A DNA stretch of 63,901 bases, filler included, from Octopus bimaculoides (Eukaryota): NCBI RefSeq assembly GCF_001194135.2. It is 7 parts of 6 records of this genome, joined end to end, with 100 filler letters (N's around TTAATTAATTAA, not from the genome) between each part and the next. Parts side by side here need not be neighbours in the genome. Positions count along the whole stretch, not along the records: positions 39,297 to 47,569 come from NC_068998.1; positions 47,670 to 61,632 come from NC_068981.1; 5 more parts are not named here. The stretch is one strand, 5' to 3'. The notes under the pieces were generated by a model that ran no database searches, was not told the DNA's origin, and worked only from the letters and a program-made list of their open reading frames with translations. This document shows positions 42,069 to 53,270 of the stretch, in pieces. Within the stretch, counting starts at the first letter, position 1. Every line of letters begins with the position of its first letter. The position numbers and the translations under genes were made by a program.

Positions 42069-42166
42069 CATGAAAGCATTTTGCTATACCTTCAGGAATC
42101 GAGTACTGTCTTTTCCACCTTGCTTTACATGTTAACTCGCATATATATATGTGTGTATATATAATA

Positions 42167-42201
<35 letters not shown>

Positions 42202-42609
42202 NNNNNNNNNNNNNNNNNNNNNNNNNNNNNNNNNNNNNNNNNNNNNNNNNNNNNNNNNNNNNNNNNNNNNNNNNNNNNNNNNNNNNNNNNNNNNNNNNNN
42301 NNNNNNNNNNNNNNNNNNNNNNNNNNNNNNNNNNNNNNNNNNNNNNNNNNNNNNNNNNNNNNNNNNNNNNNNNNNNNNNNNNNNNNNNNNNNNNNNNNNN
42401 NNNNNNNNNNNNNNNNNNNNNNNNNNNNNNNNNNNNNNNNNNNNNNNNNNNNNNNNNNNNNNNNNNNNNNNNNNNNNNNNNNNNNNNNNNNNNNNNNNNN
42501 NNNNNNNNNNNNNNNNNNNNNNNNNNNNNNNNNNNNNNNNNNNNNNNNNNNNNNNNNNNNNNNNNNNNNNNNNNNNNNNNNNNNNNNNNNNNNNNNNNNN
42601 NNNNNNNNN

Positions 42610-42682
<73 letters not shown>

Positions 42683-42713
42683 GACAGACAGGCAGGCAGA
42701 CAGACAGACAGAC

Positions 42714-42770
<57 letters not shown>

Positions 42771-42840
42771 TTTACTTAACAATGTGCCTAATTGTCAACG
42801 TGTTTAACTATTTTTTCTTTTATATATCTCTCTTTTCCAG

Positions 42841-43124
42841 TTTTGCTGCCAACCGAGTTTGATCCTAAACTACACACTATCGAAATTTCCTGCCTTCCAG
42901 CTGAGTGAAGACAACACAAGCTTCACTGGAGATAGTCACCTGAGATGCGAACTACCACAATACATATATATGAGCTGCATCATAAGCTTCATTTGCGTGT
43001 CTATATTTCTGCGACTCTCGGCCCTGCTCAAACTTTTCATGATGTTAGCAATGGCCACAGTGTGCATTGTCCTAATGGAATACACGCATAGACCTCTTTT
43101 CCAGCAGTATGACTATTTGCATCA
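42841..43124 (+). CDS. ADCY1: Adenylyl cyclase (rutabaga/ADCY1-like), coding exon A: M2 extracellular loop and TM helices
   Basis: Acceptor tctcttttccag| and donor CA|gtaagt; 284 nt. Translates FCCQPSLILNYTLSKFPAFQLSEDNTSFTGDSHLRCELPQYIYMSCIISFICVSIFLRLSALLKLFMMLAMATVCIVLMEYTHRPLFQQYDYLH. The C-x-LPQY..SC...FLRL..LLK pattern resembles rutabaga-type M2 (recalled, not searched). N-glycosylation sequons NYT and NTS. Phase matches the next exon. Confidence 0.92.
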
Positions 43125-43261
43125 GTAAGTGGACCGTCACTCATAATAGCTTGTATTCTTTCGTTTTTCGTCTTCTTTCTTTACGATCCAGAAACCAGAT
43201 GGCATGAGGGATCAACTAGTATGCAACTTCGCTTTTCCATACCTATCCTTATGTCTGGTCT

Positions 43262-43272
43262 GGTAGTAGTAC

Positions 43273-43356
<84 letters not shown>

Positions 43357-43408
43357 NNNNNNNNNNTAGTAATAGTAGTAGCAGTGGTAGTATTAGTGGT
43401 GATAGTAA

Positions 43409-43476
<68 letters not shown>
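43262..43476. repeat. (TAG)n microsatellite in the exon A-B intron
   Basis: Direct reading, with a 10-N gap. Confidence 0.95.
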
Positions 43477-43586
43477 TCATGTTCATCATCATTCAGCAGT
43501 ATCAGAGCCAAGCACTGTTTAGGCGTAAGCGAACTTTAGGTTAGTTAAAATGTGTTAGTAATATATTTCAACTTTTAATGACAAAT

Positions 43587-43866
43587 TCACTGCAGTTACC
43601 GTGGAGAGGAAATACCATATCTGCCCAGTGATGCTTCTATCGGATCCCTAGACAGCGTTTCTTGTTATTTTGCCTTTAGAAGCTAAAGTTTCTCACAAGC
43701 GAACAAAAGTTCGCTTATGCCTAAGCACTTCTTGACACAGACAATGCTGAATTTCTCCCGATCTGCTGATCCGATAGTGCCGATAGGGAGCAAGAATGGG
43801 CAGATATGGTGATTTTACCCCTTTTATCATAAAAGAAAATTTTTTTTCCATGGTAACAGCAGTAAA
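43587..43866. repeat. MITE-like element with long imperfect TIRs
   Basis: ttcactgcagttaccgtggag/ttccatggtaacagcagtaaa and accatatctgccca/tgggcagatatggt. Confidence 0.75.
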
Positions 43867-44311
43867 TTTACCTTTAGAAATCCAAATATCTCACAGACAT
43901 TTTTTAACTAACCTAAGATTTGATGTGAATTTATTGAAAGGTGGGTGGAAGTTGCGAAAACGGCAAGAGTGAGTGGTACCGCTCTGAGTGTAGACCTGTG
44001 AGTTGGAGAAAGAGGATTGGAAAGGGCACTTGCCCTTGGTGTTCAGGGAGAACTTGGCCAGCGAGGTTCCTCTGTTATCCCTAGAGTTTCTCCTGTTTCA
44101 GGATTACCACATCACCATCATTTTTTGTTTTACCTTTATATATTATATATACTTCTCTTCTTTGTTTGTTGTATACCGCGTATACTTTTCATTCACCTAC
44201 TTATTTTATCATTTCATTGTATGTAAACCCCATCACTTAATGTCTCTCTTTGTATTGTCCCATTTATCCTTCGCTCTGATGGCAAATAACAGAAATTGTT
44301 TTTTTTTATAG

Positions 44312-44432
44312 TTCTGTGATTCCGACGGATGTAGTTGGCATAGTTGCCCTCATTATCTTCATCATCACGTTTTATGTACATGGCAGAAAGCAAGAATGGA
44401 CATACAGATTAGATTTTCTCTGGAAAACCCAA
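44312..44432 (+). CDS. ADCY1: Adenylyl cyclase (rutabaga/ADCY1-like), coding exon B: last TM helix (TM12)
   Basis: Acceptor ttttttttatag| and donor CAA|gtaacg; 121 nt, completing the split codon CA|T. Translates (H)SVIPTDVVGIVALIIFIITFYVHGRKQEWTYRLDFLWKTQ, matching the tmAC motif HxRQxExTxRLDFLW. Not shown in the ORF track. Confidence 0.93.
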
Positions 44433-45240
44433 GTAACGACTTTTATATTTACTTCCCACTTTGTCTTTTAAATGTTGTAATTTCTACACTTAGTGTAAGA
44501 TTAACCTCAACAATGCAGCCTCTGTCGGACAACCGTCATATATATTGTGATCATTATTTGTATAATTAGTTTACTTCACAATGGTTTATTTCCTATATTG
44601 GAATCTTTTGAAGTACATAATAACAATTTTAAAGATATTTGCATTTCTTAAAATATTTTAAGGACGCCGTTGCTCTTTAAATTAAATAATTTGAGGACAT
44701 AGGCGCTATTAGATATGAACGTTCATCGAAAGATCTGTTCCCTGCCAGGGATTTTACACTCTTCTGTTATTGAAAATGAATGGAATTTCCTCATAGTACC
44801 TATTTATACCTAACAGGATTGCAATGTAGTGAACTTCTACTTTAACATGCCTAATATTTATGATTAATTGGAGGATAATTTCCATAGTATTTATTTCAAG
44901 CTAGACTGTACATTTAATGGCGCATTTTTATAGATATTGAAAACTAAGTGTACATTGCTAGTAAACGCTACGTGTCGTGAATATGGAAGGAGCCATTGAC
45001 GGAATACACGAATCATTAACACTAGTCTCAGTAAGCAGAATTGATATCAATTCAACTTGTTGCAGTTCTCATGCAGAAATACGTGCAAGCGTATATTAAT
45101 ACCCCACTGTACTTCAATCGGGTTGCTTTGTGTAAAAGAATATATAAAATGGCAAATGTAGCATTGTAACTTAGTAATCGGTATAAGAGTTGTCACCATT
45201 TGTTTAATTACTGAAAGTCTCTTTTAATATTTAGGATACT

Positions 45241-45450
45241 TAAGGCGGTGAGCTGATCGAATCATTAACACGCCTGACAAAATGCTTAGCGGCTTATCTT
45301 GTCTTTACATTCTGAGTTCAAATTCCACCGAGGTCAACTTCGACTTTCTGCGTTTCGAGGTCGATAAAATAAGTACCAGCTGGGCACTTCGGTCGATGTA
45401 ATCGATTTGCACCTCCCACAAAATTGCTGGTCATCTGCCGAAAATTTGAA
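45241..45450 (+). mobile_element. Family D SINE in the exon B-C intron
   Basis: aaggcggtgagctgatcgaatc...gagttcaaattccaccgaggtc. Confidence 0.85.
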
Positions 45451-46072
45451 GTTAATATTTAGGATATTTCATCTTATAAAATTAAATGAAATTTTCTGTG
45501 AAAAATATTAACTATTCGCTGTTAATGGTGTAGCTTTTCATTGATAAGTATGAGACACAAACTTCGGTAGTTTTAAACTTGCTTTAGTATCTTCAGGGAC
45601 CATGTAATTTGGTCATATCTGCTGAACTGCTCCTGATTAGAATTGCTAGATAGAGTTGTATATTTGTTAACAGAGAGACAGAGAAAGATGGAGAGAGTGG
45701 GAGAGAGAGAAAGATAGACAGAAACAAAGGGAAAGTGAGAATAACGTCTAAAGTATTCAAAAGCTTTTAGACAGCAACTGCTTCGTAAACGATAGTTAAG
45801 ACATAAAAAGCAAATAGTGCTTCAAAAATTAAAACGGAAAAGTATAGTGAAGAATTATATTGATGATATTTTGGGGTTGCGAAAATACATTTATCATCGA
45901 CAAGAATAATGAAACAGAACGTTTCACTATTGTTTAAGAATCTCAAGCGGAAGTATAATCTCTGCCTATCTACCAAAAATGTTATTGATTAAATCATTAG
46001 CTAAAAATACAAGATTGTATATTTGTTTGTTATCATTACTGATATCTTGTGTCTGTTTCCATGTTTTTCTAG

Positions 46073-46192
46073 GCAACGGAGGAGAAAATAGAAATGACAG
46101 AACTACAAACTAACAACCGTCAAATATTATGTAACCTTTTACCAGCTCACGTAGCAGTCCATTTTATTGATCACCAAAATAATACACATATG
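46073..46192 (+). CDS. ADCY1: Adenylyl cyclase (rutabaga/ADCY1-like), coding exon C: coiled helix into C2a
   Basis: Acceptor atgtttttctag| and donor ATG|gtgagt; 120 nt, phase 0-0. Translates ATEEKIEMTELQTNNRQILCNLLPAHVAVHFIDHQNNTHM. NLLPAHVAxHF is the ADCY1/rutabaga-type version of the motif preceding ELYxQSY. Confidence 0.95.
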
Positions 46193-46810
46193 GTGAGTAC
46201 AGGTACACACGTACACAGGTACATACACACGTACACACATATACAAACACACAAATACATACACTTTAAATTTTTACAAAGTAAAGGTTGACTGTAATTC
46301 GGAGCTTCGGCTTGTTCTCCATCATCGGATTGTTAAATTGCTTTTCTATAAAACTTCACATACAAGCAAACATTTAAAACTCGCTACACGGGCGTGCGCG
46401 CGCACGAACACACACGGAGTGCATCTTGTGTGTCCAAATAATGCACAATTGCTAATGTTAAATTTAGAGCTCTACGTAGATTGTCATCGTCCAATCTGCT
46501 TCCATTATAGTGCGTTAAGTAACTACTGCACTTTGGAGTGTTACTATTTCTCTTATTCTGATCAAATCTGGAAGAAATAATAAGCACAAGTTTCAATTAC
46601 TCGCTCATACGTACGTTTCACCAATGTGGTTCATTTGTAACAATGCTTTGCATGTACCGATTCAATTCTCAGTAAACTAATGCAGTAAAGTGTTCCCTGA
46701 TGATCCATTGTGATTAAGCATAAAACAGTATATTGGTGAAAAGTACGTGGGAACTAATAATATAAACTTCTGTCATCCTAATTTTTCATACACACACACA
46801 CACACGCATA

Positions 46811-46867
<57 letters not shown>

Positions 46868-46944
46868 GTATATATACATTCATACATATACATATATACA
46901 TATATATTCACACGCACGCACACACACACATATATATACATATA

Positions 46945-47415
46945 TATAAGAGAAGGAAATGGAGAAATCGACAGATAAACATCAATTTATTAATACAAAT
47001 CCAATTTCAAGCAACATCAATTTCTTATGACCTCCAATTGTTTCCATGATCAATTAATTCAAATATCAAATAACTAGATGAAATTAAGGTAAATTAAATT
47101 AAAGATGTAATTTGAATACAGTGAAATGAACATTTCCCCAGGGTTAGAAATTGACCGAAAAAAAGGAATCACATCTTAATGGATCGAGTGATCATTGCCA
47201 GATGTGATTCCTTTTTTCGGTCAATTTCTAACCCTGGGGAAATGTTCAGTTCACTGTATTCAAATTACATCTTTAATTTAATTTAATTTAATTATTTGAT
47301 ATATGAATTAATTGAACGTGGAAATAATTGTGGGTTATAAGAAATTGATGTCACTTGAAATTGACTTTGTATTAATAAATTGATGTATATCAATCGATTT
47401 CTCCAATGTCTTATA
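46945..47415. repeat. About 470 bp foldback (long inverted repeat), MITE-like
   Basis: Arms flank a 23-nt loop (47177-47199). The inner ~85 bp has only one mismatch and one 1-nt indel; the outer arms are more diverged. Confidence 0.92.
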
Positions 47416-47669
47416 CATAAATGATAATATACCCATTTGCATCAATGAGAAGTTCACATCTTCCTTAGTATTTCAATGATACACTGAATAAAACTAGGGC
47501 GATTGAAAGCTAACATCACACAAAGAGGTATTTATATCCTCACAATATATATATATATATATATATATANNNNNNNNNNNNNNNNNNNNNNNNNNNNNNN
47601 NNNNNNNNNNNNNTTAATTAATTAANNNNNNNNNNNNNNNNNNNNNNNNNNNNNNNNNNNNNNNNNNNN

Positions 47670-47714
<45 letters not shown>

Positions 47715-47789
47715 GCGCTCCGTTGTATATATATACATAAATGTCGAACAACGAGAATGGGTGGATAAAATTTCTTTATTCGTGTATTA

Positions 47790-48102
47790 AGGCTAGACGA
47801 CGAGAGTCCCAGCTGATACAATCAACGGAACAGCTTGCTCGTGAAATTAACGTGCAAGTGACTGAGCAATCCACAGATACGTGTACCCCTAACGTAGTTC
47901 TCAGGGAGACCCAGCATGACACATAGCGTAACAAAGCCGGCCCTTTGCAATACAGGTACTACTCATTTTTGCCAGCTGAGTGGACTGGAGCACTAAAGTG
48001 AAATAAAGTGTCTTGCTCAAGGACACAACGCGTCGCAGGGAATCGAACTCACGACCTTATTATCGTGAACCGAATGCCCTAACCACTAAGCCACGCGCCT
48101 TC
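47790..48102 (-). mobile_element. tRNA-derived SINE (family B)
   Basis: Head aggcgcgtggcttagtggttagg...gagttcgattcc, then gtgtccttgagcaagacac and the shared 3' module. Confidence 0.9.
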
Positions 48103-48235
48103 ACAACATACATGCATACATACATACATATATACATACTGTGTGCGTGTGTGTGCGTGTGAGTGTGTGTGTGTGTGTGTGTGTTTGTGTGTGAATGTGT
48201 GTGTGTGTGTGTGTGTGTGCGCGTGTGCATGTCAT

Positions 48236-48351
48236 TTAAAACAGTTTTGATTCGGTTTCCGTGCTACTTCTGGAAGCCTGAATGAGTTCGTCTCATTTAG
48301 AAGCCTGCCAATCTTGAAGTAGCAGGAAAACAGAATCAAAACTGTTTAAAA
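48236..48351. repeat. Short foldback/MITE
   Basis: ttaaaacagttttgattcggtttccgtgctacttc pairs with gaagtagcaggaaaacagaatcaaaactgtttaaa. Confidence 0.8.
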
Positions 48352-48412
48352 TAACACATGCAACCATGTTACTCCAAATAAATGTGTTGAGTGCCCTTTT
48401 CTTTCATTTGTC

Positions 48413-48479
<67 letters not shown>

Positions 48480-48825
48480 CAAATAGTGAAGGATTATCAA
48501 TCTGGGCAAAATACTTCATAAGCTCTCTGTTGGCACACCAGGCTAATAACATTACTTACATTAGTGAAGAACTCCAAGTAATCTTTTGTAAACTTCATTA
48601 GCTAACAACTGTTTCTGCTACATGATGCAATGCACTCATATCTTCGTGGGCATTTCATGTGGGAAGCTCCGACGAAGTTATTAGTTGATATACAAGCATT
48701 TTGAATGAAGAAACAGCTGTAAGCAAATGAAGTTCATTACACAATTTCTTGGAGAATTGTCACTTATGTAATTTCTGTCTCTGCCTGTCTCTGTCAGACT
48801 GTCTGTTTGCATCTCTCTGTCTCTG

Positions 48826-48877
<52 letters not shown>

Positions 48878-49199
48878 ATATATATATATATATGATGTAC
48901 ATACGTACATACTTAACATATATAGATATATATATCTTAGCGCGGAATTTCTATCGAAGTTCTAAGGATTTAACACTGTTGATTCACCTGCTGACATGTA
49001 CGCAGGTCCACGCCTATGCGTGTACACACGCGCACACATATATATATCCATATCTGGAAAGTCTCATAGGGCATACAGACGTATATATACACATAATAAA
49101 ACTAAGTTTAAAATAAGCTTGAGAGACTTTATCACTGTTTGTACAGCCGATGCCACTCGTATCACCTCACTTTCTTCCTTCCTTTTTTGATTCGTTTTT

Positions 49200-49239
<40 letters not shown>

Positions 49240-49376
49240 TTTTATTTTTTTATTTCTTTCTTTCTCCATTTCCTTCTTTCTTTCTTTTTCTCTTTCTTTC
49301 TCAATTTCTTTCTTTCTTTATTTCTCCCTTTCTTTCTTCATTTCTCGCTTCCTTTCTCTATGATTCTCTCTGTCTG

Positions 49377-49408
<32 letters not shown>

Positions 49409-49513
49409 ACACACACACACACCAACATACGAATGAGCACTGTGAAAGAACTGCACAAACATCCATATATCAGTACATACTGACATAAGAATCATTAAAA
49501 CAAACAAATACAG

Positions 49514-49560
<47 letters not shown>

Positions 49561-49896
49561 CACACACACATGCACATGCACACATACACACACACATACA
49601 TGTGCGCGCACGCACACACACATACAATCACTCACAGAACCAAAAGCATTACACATTCGTAGACAAGCTTTTGTAGACATAAGAAAATAATCACATACAG
49701 AGGCATACACACTCTACCACACTCACACACACACACACTCACACACACACACACACACACACAAAGAAGAAAAAAACACATGTACACTTCAAGAAGTACG
49801 GAAGAAGTAGATCCACACACTTAGAAAAACCTCTGAAATAGAATCACATAAACACGCACACTCACACACAGACACAGACACACACACACAGACACA

Positions 49897-49935
<39 letters not shown>

Positions 49936-49960
49936 NNNNNNNNNNACACACACAGACACA

Positions 49961-50012
<52 letters not shown>

Positions 50013-50576
50013 CATTCACTTACATAAACACGCACACACACTCACACACTTGCAAAGTCAAGCACATACACACAAGAAACACAACTCCTACAAAATAACA
50101 AAACCATCTCAAGAAACACACGCAAAACACTCACATTCACACACATATACACACACACACACTCATACACGCGCGCACACACAAAAACACAACCACATAC
50201 TCACACTCCTATAAATATGCATATACGTATGCACAAACGGAAGCACATAGACTACATACAAAAAAAAACACACACACACACACACATTGCAGTGTGCACA
50301 CGTGCGCACGCGTAAAAGTCTGTAATTCTCACTAGATCAGACGTATTTTGATCCCCAGATAAATTGTGAGCTGATGCGGTATCGGTGTCGTGGTTAGTTA
50401 TCGTATAATATTGATAAACTAAACGCCCTGTACACTTCCTTCATATTATCGGCTTTAGGGATCACCAGCTGCGACCTATCACGCGTTTCAGTTCAGCTTT
50501 TAGCTGTAACAGCGATCCTCGAAGAAGAAACAGCTCTGACGAAACCGTTGATGCTGCTGTTGCTCCTGCAGTTATT

Positions 50577-50796
50577 TACTCTTTTATTCCTTTGCTTGTT
50601 TCAGTCAATTGACTGCGGCCATGCTGGAGCACCGCCTTTAGTCGAGCGGATCGACCCCAGGACTTATTCTTTGGAAGCCTAGTACTTATTCTATCGGTCT
50701 CTTTTGCCGAGCCGCTAAGTTACGGGGACGTAAATACACCACCATCGGTTGTCAAGCAATGTTGGGGTGACAAACACAGACACAGAAACATATACA

Positions 50797-50860
<64 letters not shown>

Positions 50861-51032
50861 CATATATACGATGGGCTTCTTTCAGTTTCCGTCTACCAAA
50901 TCCACTCACAAGGCCTTGGTCGGCCGGAGGCTATAGTAGAAGACACTTGCCCAAGGTGCCACGCAGTGGGAATGAACCCGGAAGCATGTGCTTGGTAAGC
51001 AAGTTACTTACCACACAACCACTCCTGCGCCT
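50577..51032 (-). mobile_element. Full-length tRNA-derived SINE (family A) with internal microsatellite
   Basis: Head aggcgcaggagtgg...gggttcattcccactgcgtggcaccttgggcaag, central (TA/TG)n, tail gtccccgtaacttagcgg...ggcggtgctccagcatggccgcagtc. Confidence 0.9.
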
Positions 51033-51190
51033 ATTAGTATATATATATAAGTAGTTTCATAGTTATACACACACGCACGCGCGCGCATGCACACAAACTA
51101 TTACTCAGAGTTTCACGTAACCGATCATCAAATAGTTTTGAGTATTTGAAGCAAAAGCAATATAGTAATTATTATTTAGCAATAATTGTT

Positions 51191-51410
51191 AAGGCGGCGA
51201 AATAGCAGCGTCGTTAATACGCCGGATAAAATGTTTAGCGGCTTTTCATTCGTATTTACGTTCTGAGTTAAAATTTCGCCAAGGTCGACTTCGTATTTCA
51301 TCCTTTTGGGGTTGATAAAATAAGTACCAGTTGAGCACTGGGGTCGATGTAATTGATTTACGCCTTTACCCCGAAATTACTGGCCTCACACCAACATTTG
51401 AAACCAGCTG
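51191..51410 (+). mobile_element. Family D SINE
   Basis: aaggcggcgaaatagcagcgtcgttaatacgccgg...aagtaccagttgagcactggggtcgatgt. Confidence 0.85.
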
Positions 51411-51725
51411 TTATTTAGTAACTCGGTGAATAAACATTTAAAGCCTATTGGCTAGGGCTTAATTACTATTGAAAAACGGCTAAAATTTATTGAGTAAAAA
51501 AGAAAGCACCCGTTGATGTAACGGAAGAATCATATACATTAAGAGAGAGGCAAAATTGCATTAAAATTGGGTAATATAAACTGAATATGCTCGTTGTACC
51601 TGGAATAAGTGCAACTAGTGAAAAGGCACTATTAAAAATTAACAGTTGAAAAAATTGTCATAAGGAATAGAATTGAAATTTAAATTCACCATTAACACAA
51701 GGACGAATGAATATGTTCCAAATAA

Positions 51726-52006
51726 CTGGCACTCCGTCGGTTACGAAGACAAGGGTACCAACTGATCCAATCAGCATGATCGTAAAATTAATGTGCAAAT
51801 GATTGAACACCCACAGACACGCATACCCTTAATGCAGTTCTCAGACCCTTTGAATTAGAGGTATTGATCGCTTTTTGCCAGCCGAATGGACTGGAGCAAC
51901 ATGAAATAAAGTGCCTTGCTCCAGGACACAATGCGCCGCCGGGAATCGAACTGATGACCTTAGGATTGTGAGCCAAATATTCTAACCACTAAGCCACGCG
52001 CCTTCA
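51726..52006 (-). mobile_element. tRNA-derived SINE (family B)
   Basis: Same head and body as 47790-48102, with an internal deletion. Confidence 0.85.
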
Positions 52007-53119
52007 CATGTAGCAAACAAAAGCAAAACTATATATATATAAATGAGCTTATTACAAGGGAGTTGGAATTGCAATCATTTATTAAATATCAGAGGGAAAT
52101 ATGCATAAAAGGTATAAAGAAAGTGATGGGGAAGAAGATTAGAGAATGTAGGGAGTGGAAGCAGGTGAACAAGGGAAAAATTAAACAACAAAGAAGAAAA
52201 TATGAGAGTAGAGTATGAGTTAAACTAAAAGATACTGACTGAACAATATGTATCTAATACTGATTGTTATAAGCAGAGGGGAGTAAACGATTAGAAAGAG
52301 CACAACAGATGAAGAAATTAGAGAGAGAGGTAAATGTGACTGATATCTATAAGTAGAGAAGAGATCAGAAAGCATAGAACACACAGAAAAATAAGACGGA
52401 TATGGGACTAAATGTAAAAACCAAACCCAAAACATACAGTGATTAACTAAAATACCACAATAGCCTATAAAGTATAATAACATAGGATAGTCGATAAAAT
52501 ACACATAAATATACGTGCATACATTCATAGGCGGGTTTGCTAATGGACCTTACGACTTTATTATTTATTCGATCACGGAACTACCTAACAGAATATACTT
52601 TTCATTCTGATACTTCCTTCATTTTTCGACAAACAAGAAAGCATTAATATTCTCCATTAGGAGTATTCTTCATTTTTATATTTTCTAGCTTCTCTCTCTC
52701 CCCGATGACGGCATACTTACCTTATGGAATCCCTACTCAATACAGTGAACCACATGCATGGCTATTCAAGAAACAGCTGTAAGAGACTCTATCTGCTTAT
52801 ATTCTTTATTTAGATTAAATAGTTTTTTCGAGTGATGCCAAATGTGCTGCTTCTTTATTTTCAAAGACTCTATCTGCTTATATTCTCTATTTAGATTAAA
52901 TAGTTTTTTTCGAGTGATGCCAAATGTTCTTCTTTTATTCTCAATTTTTGATCTGTATCCATCCGCTCAAGGAGAAACCACTTCTAGCCACCTTTGATAA
53001 ACGTTCTCAGCACTACATTTTTCAGCTGCAGTTCAAGCATGAGTTTTAGAGATATGCCAAACTAAGCACTTATAGTACATAACTATTACATTACGTCAAT
53101 TGACGAAAACTCCTCGTAT

Positions 53120-53270
53120 ATTCTCTCTCCCGCTCTCTCCCCTCTCTATCTCCCGCTCTCTCTCTCCTCTCTATCTCCCGCACTCTCCCCTCTCTATCTC
53201 CCGCACTCTCCCCTCTCTATCTCCCGATCTCTCCCCTCTCTATCTTCCGCTCTCTCCCCTCTCTCTTTCT
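53120..53270. repeat. CT-rich minisatellite, unit about ctctcccctctctatctcccg
   Basis: About six imperfect tandem units. Confidence 0.75.

Noticed and set aside
47990-48102. tRNA-like sequences with A and B boxes (also at 4860, 51000, 60975 and others)
   Set aside because: They are SINE heads: no complete cloverleaf, and they continue into SINE bodies.
50515-50545. GAAACAGCTCTGACGAAAC hammerhead-like words
   Set aside because: Core elements are in the wrong order or collapsed, and no three-way junction can form.
53091-53105. TTACGTCA CRE-like site overlapping the palindrome CGTCAATTGACG
   Set aside because: A single short motif with no supporting context, expected by chance.
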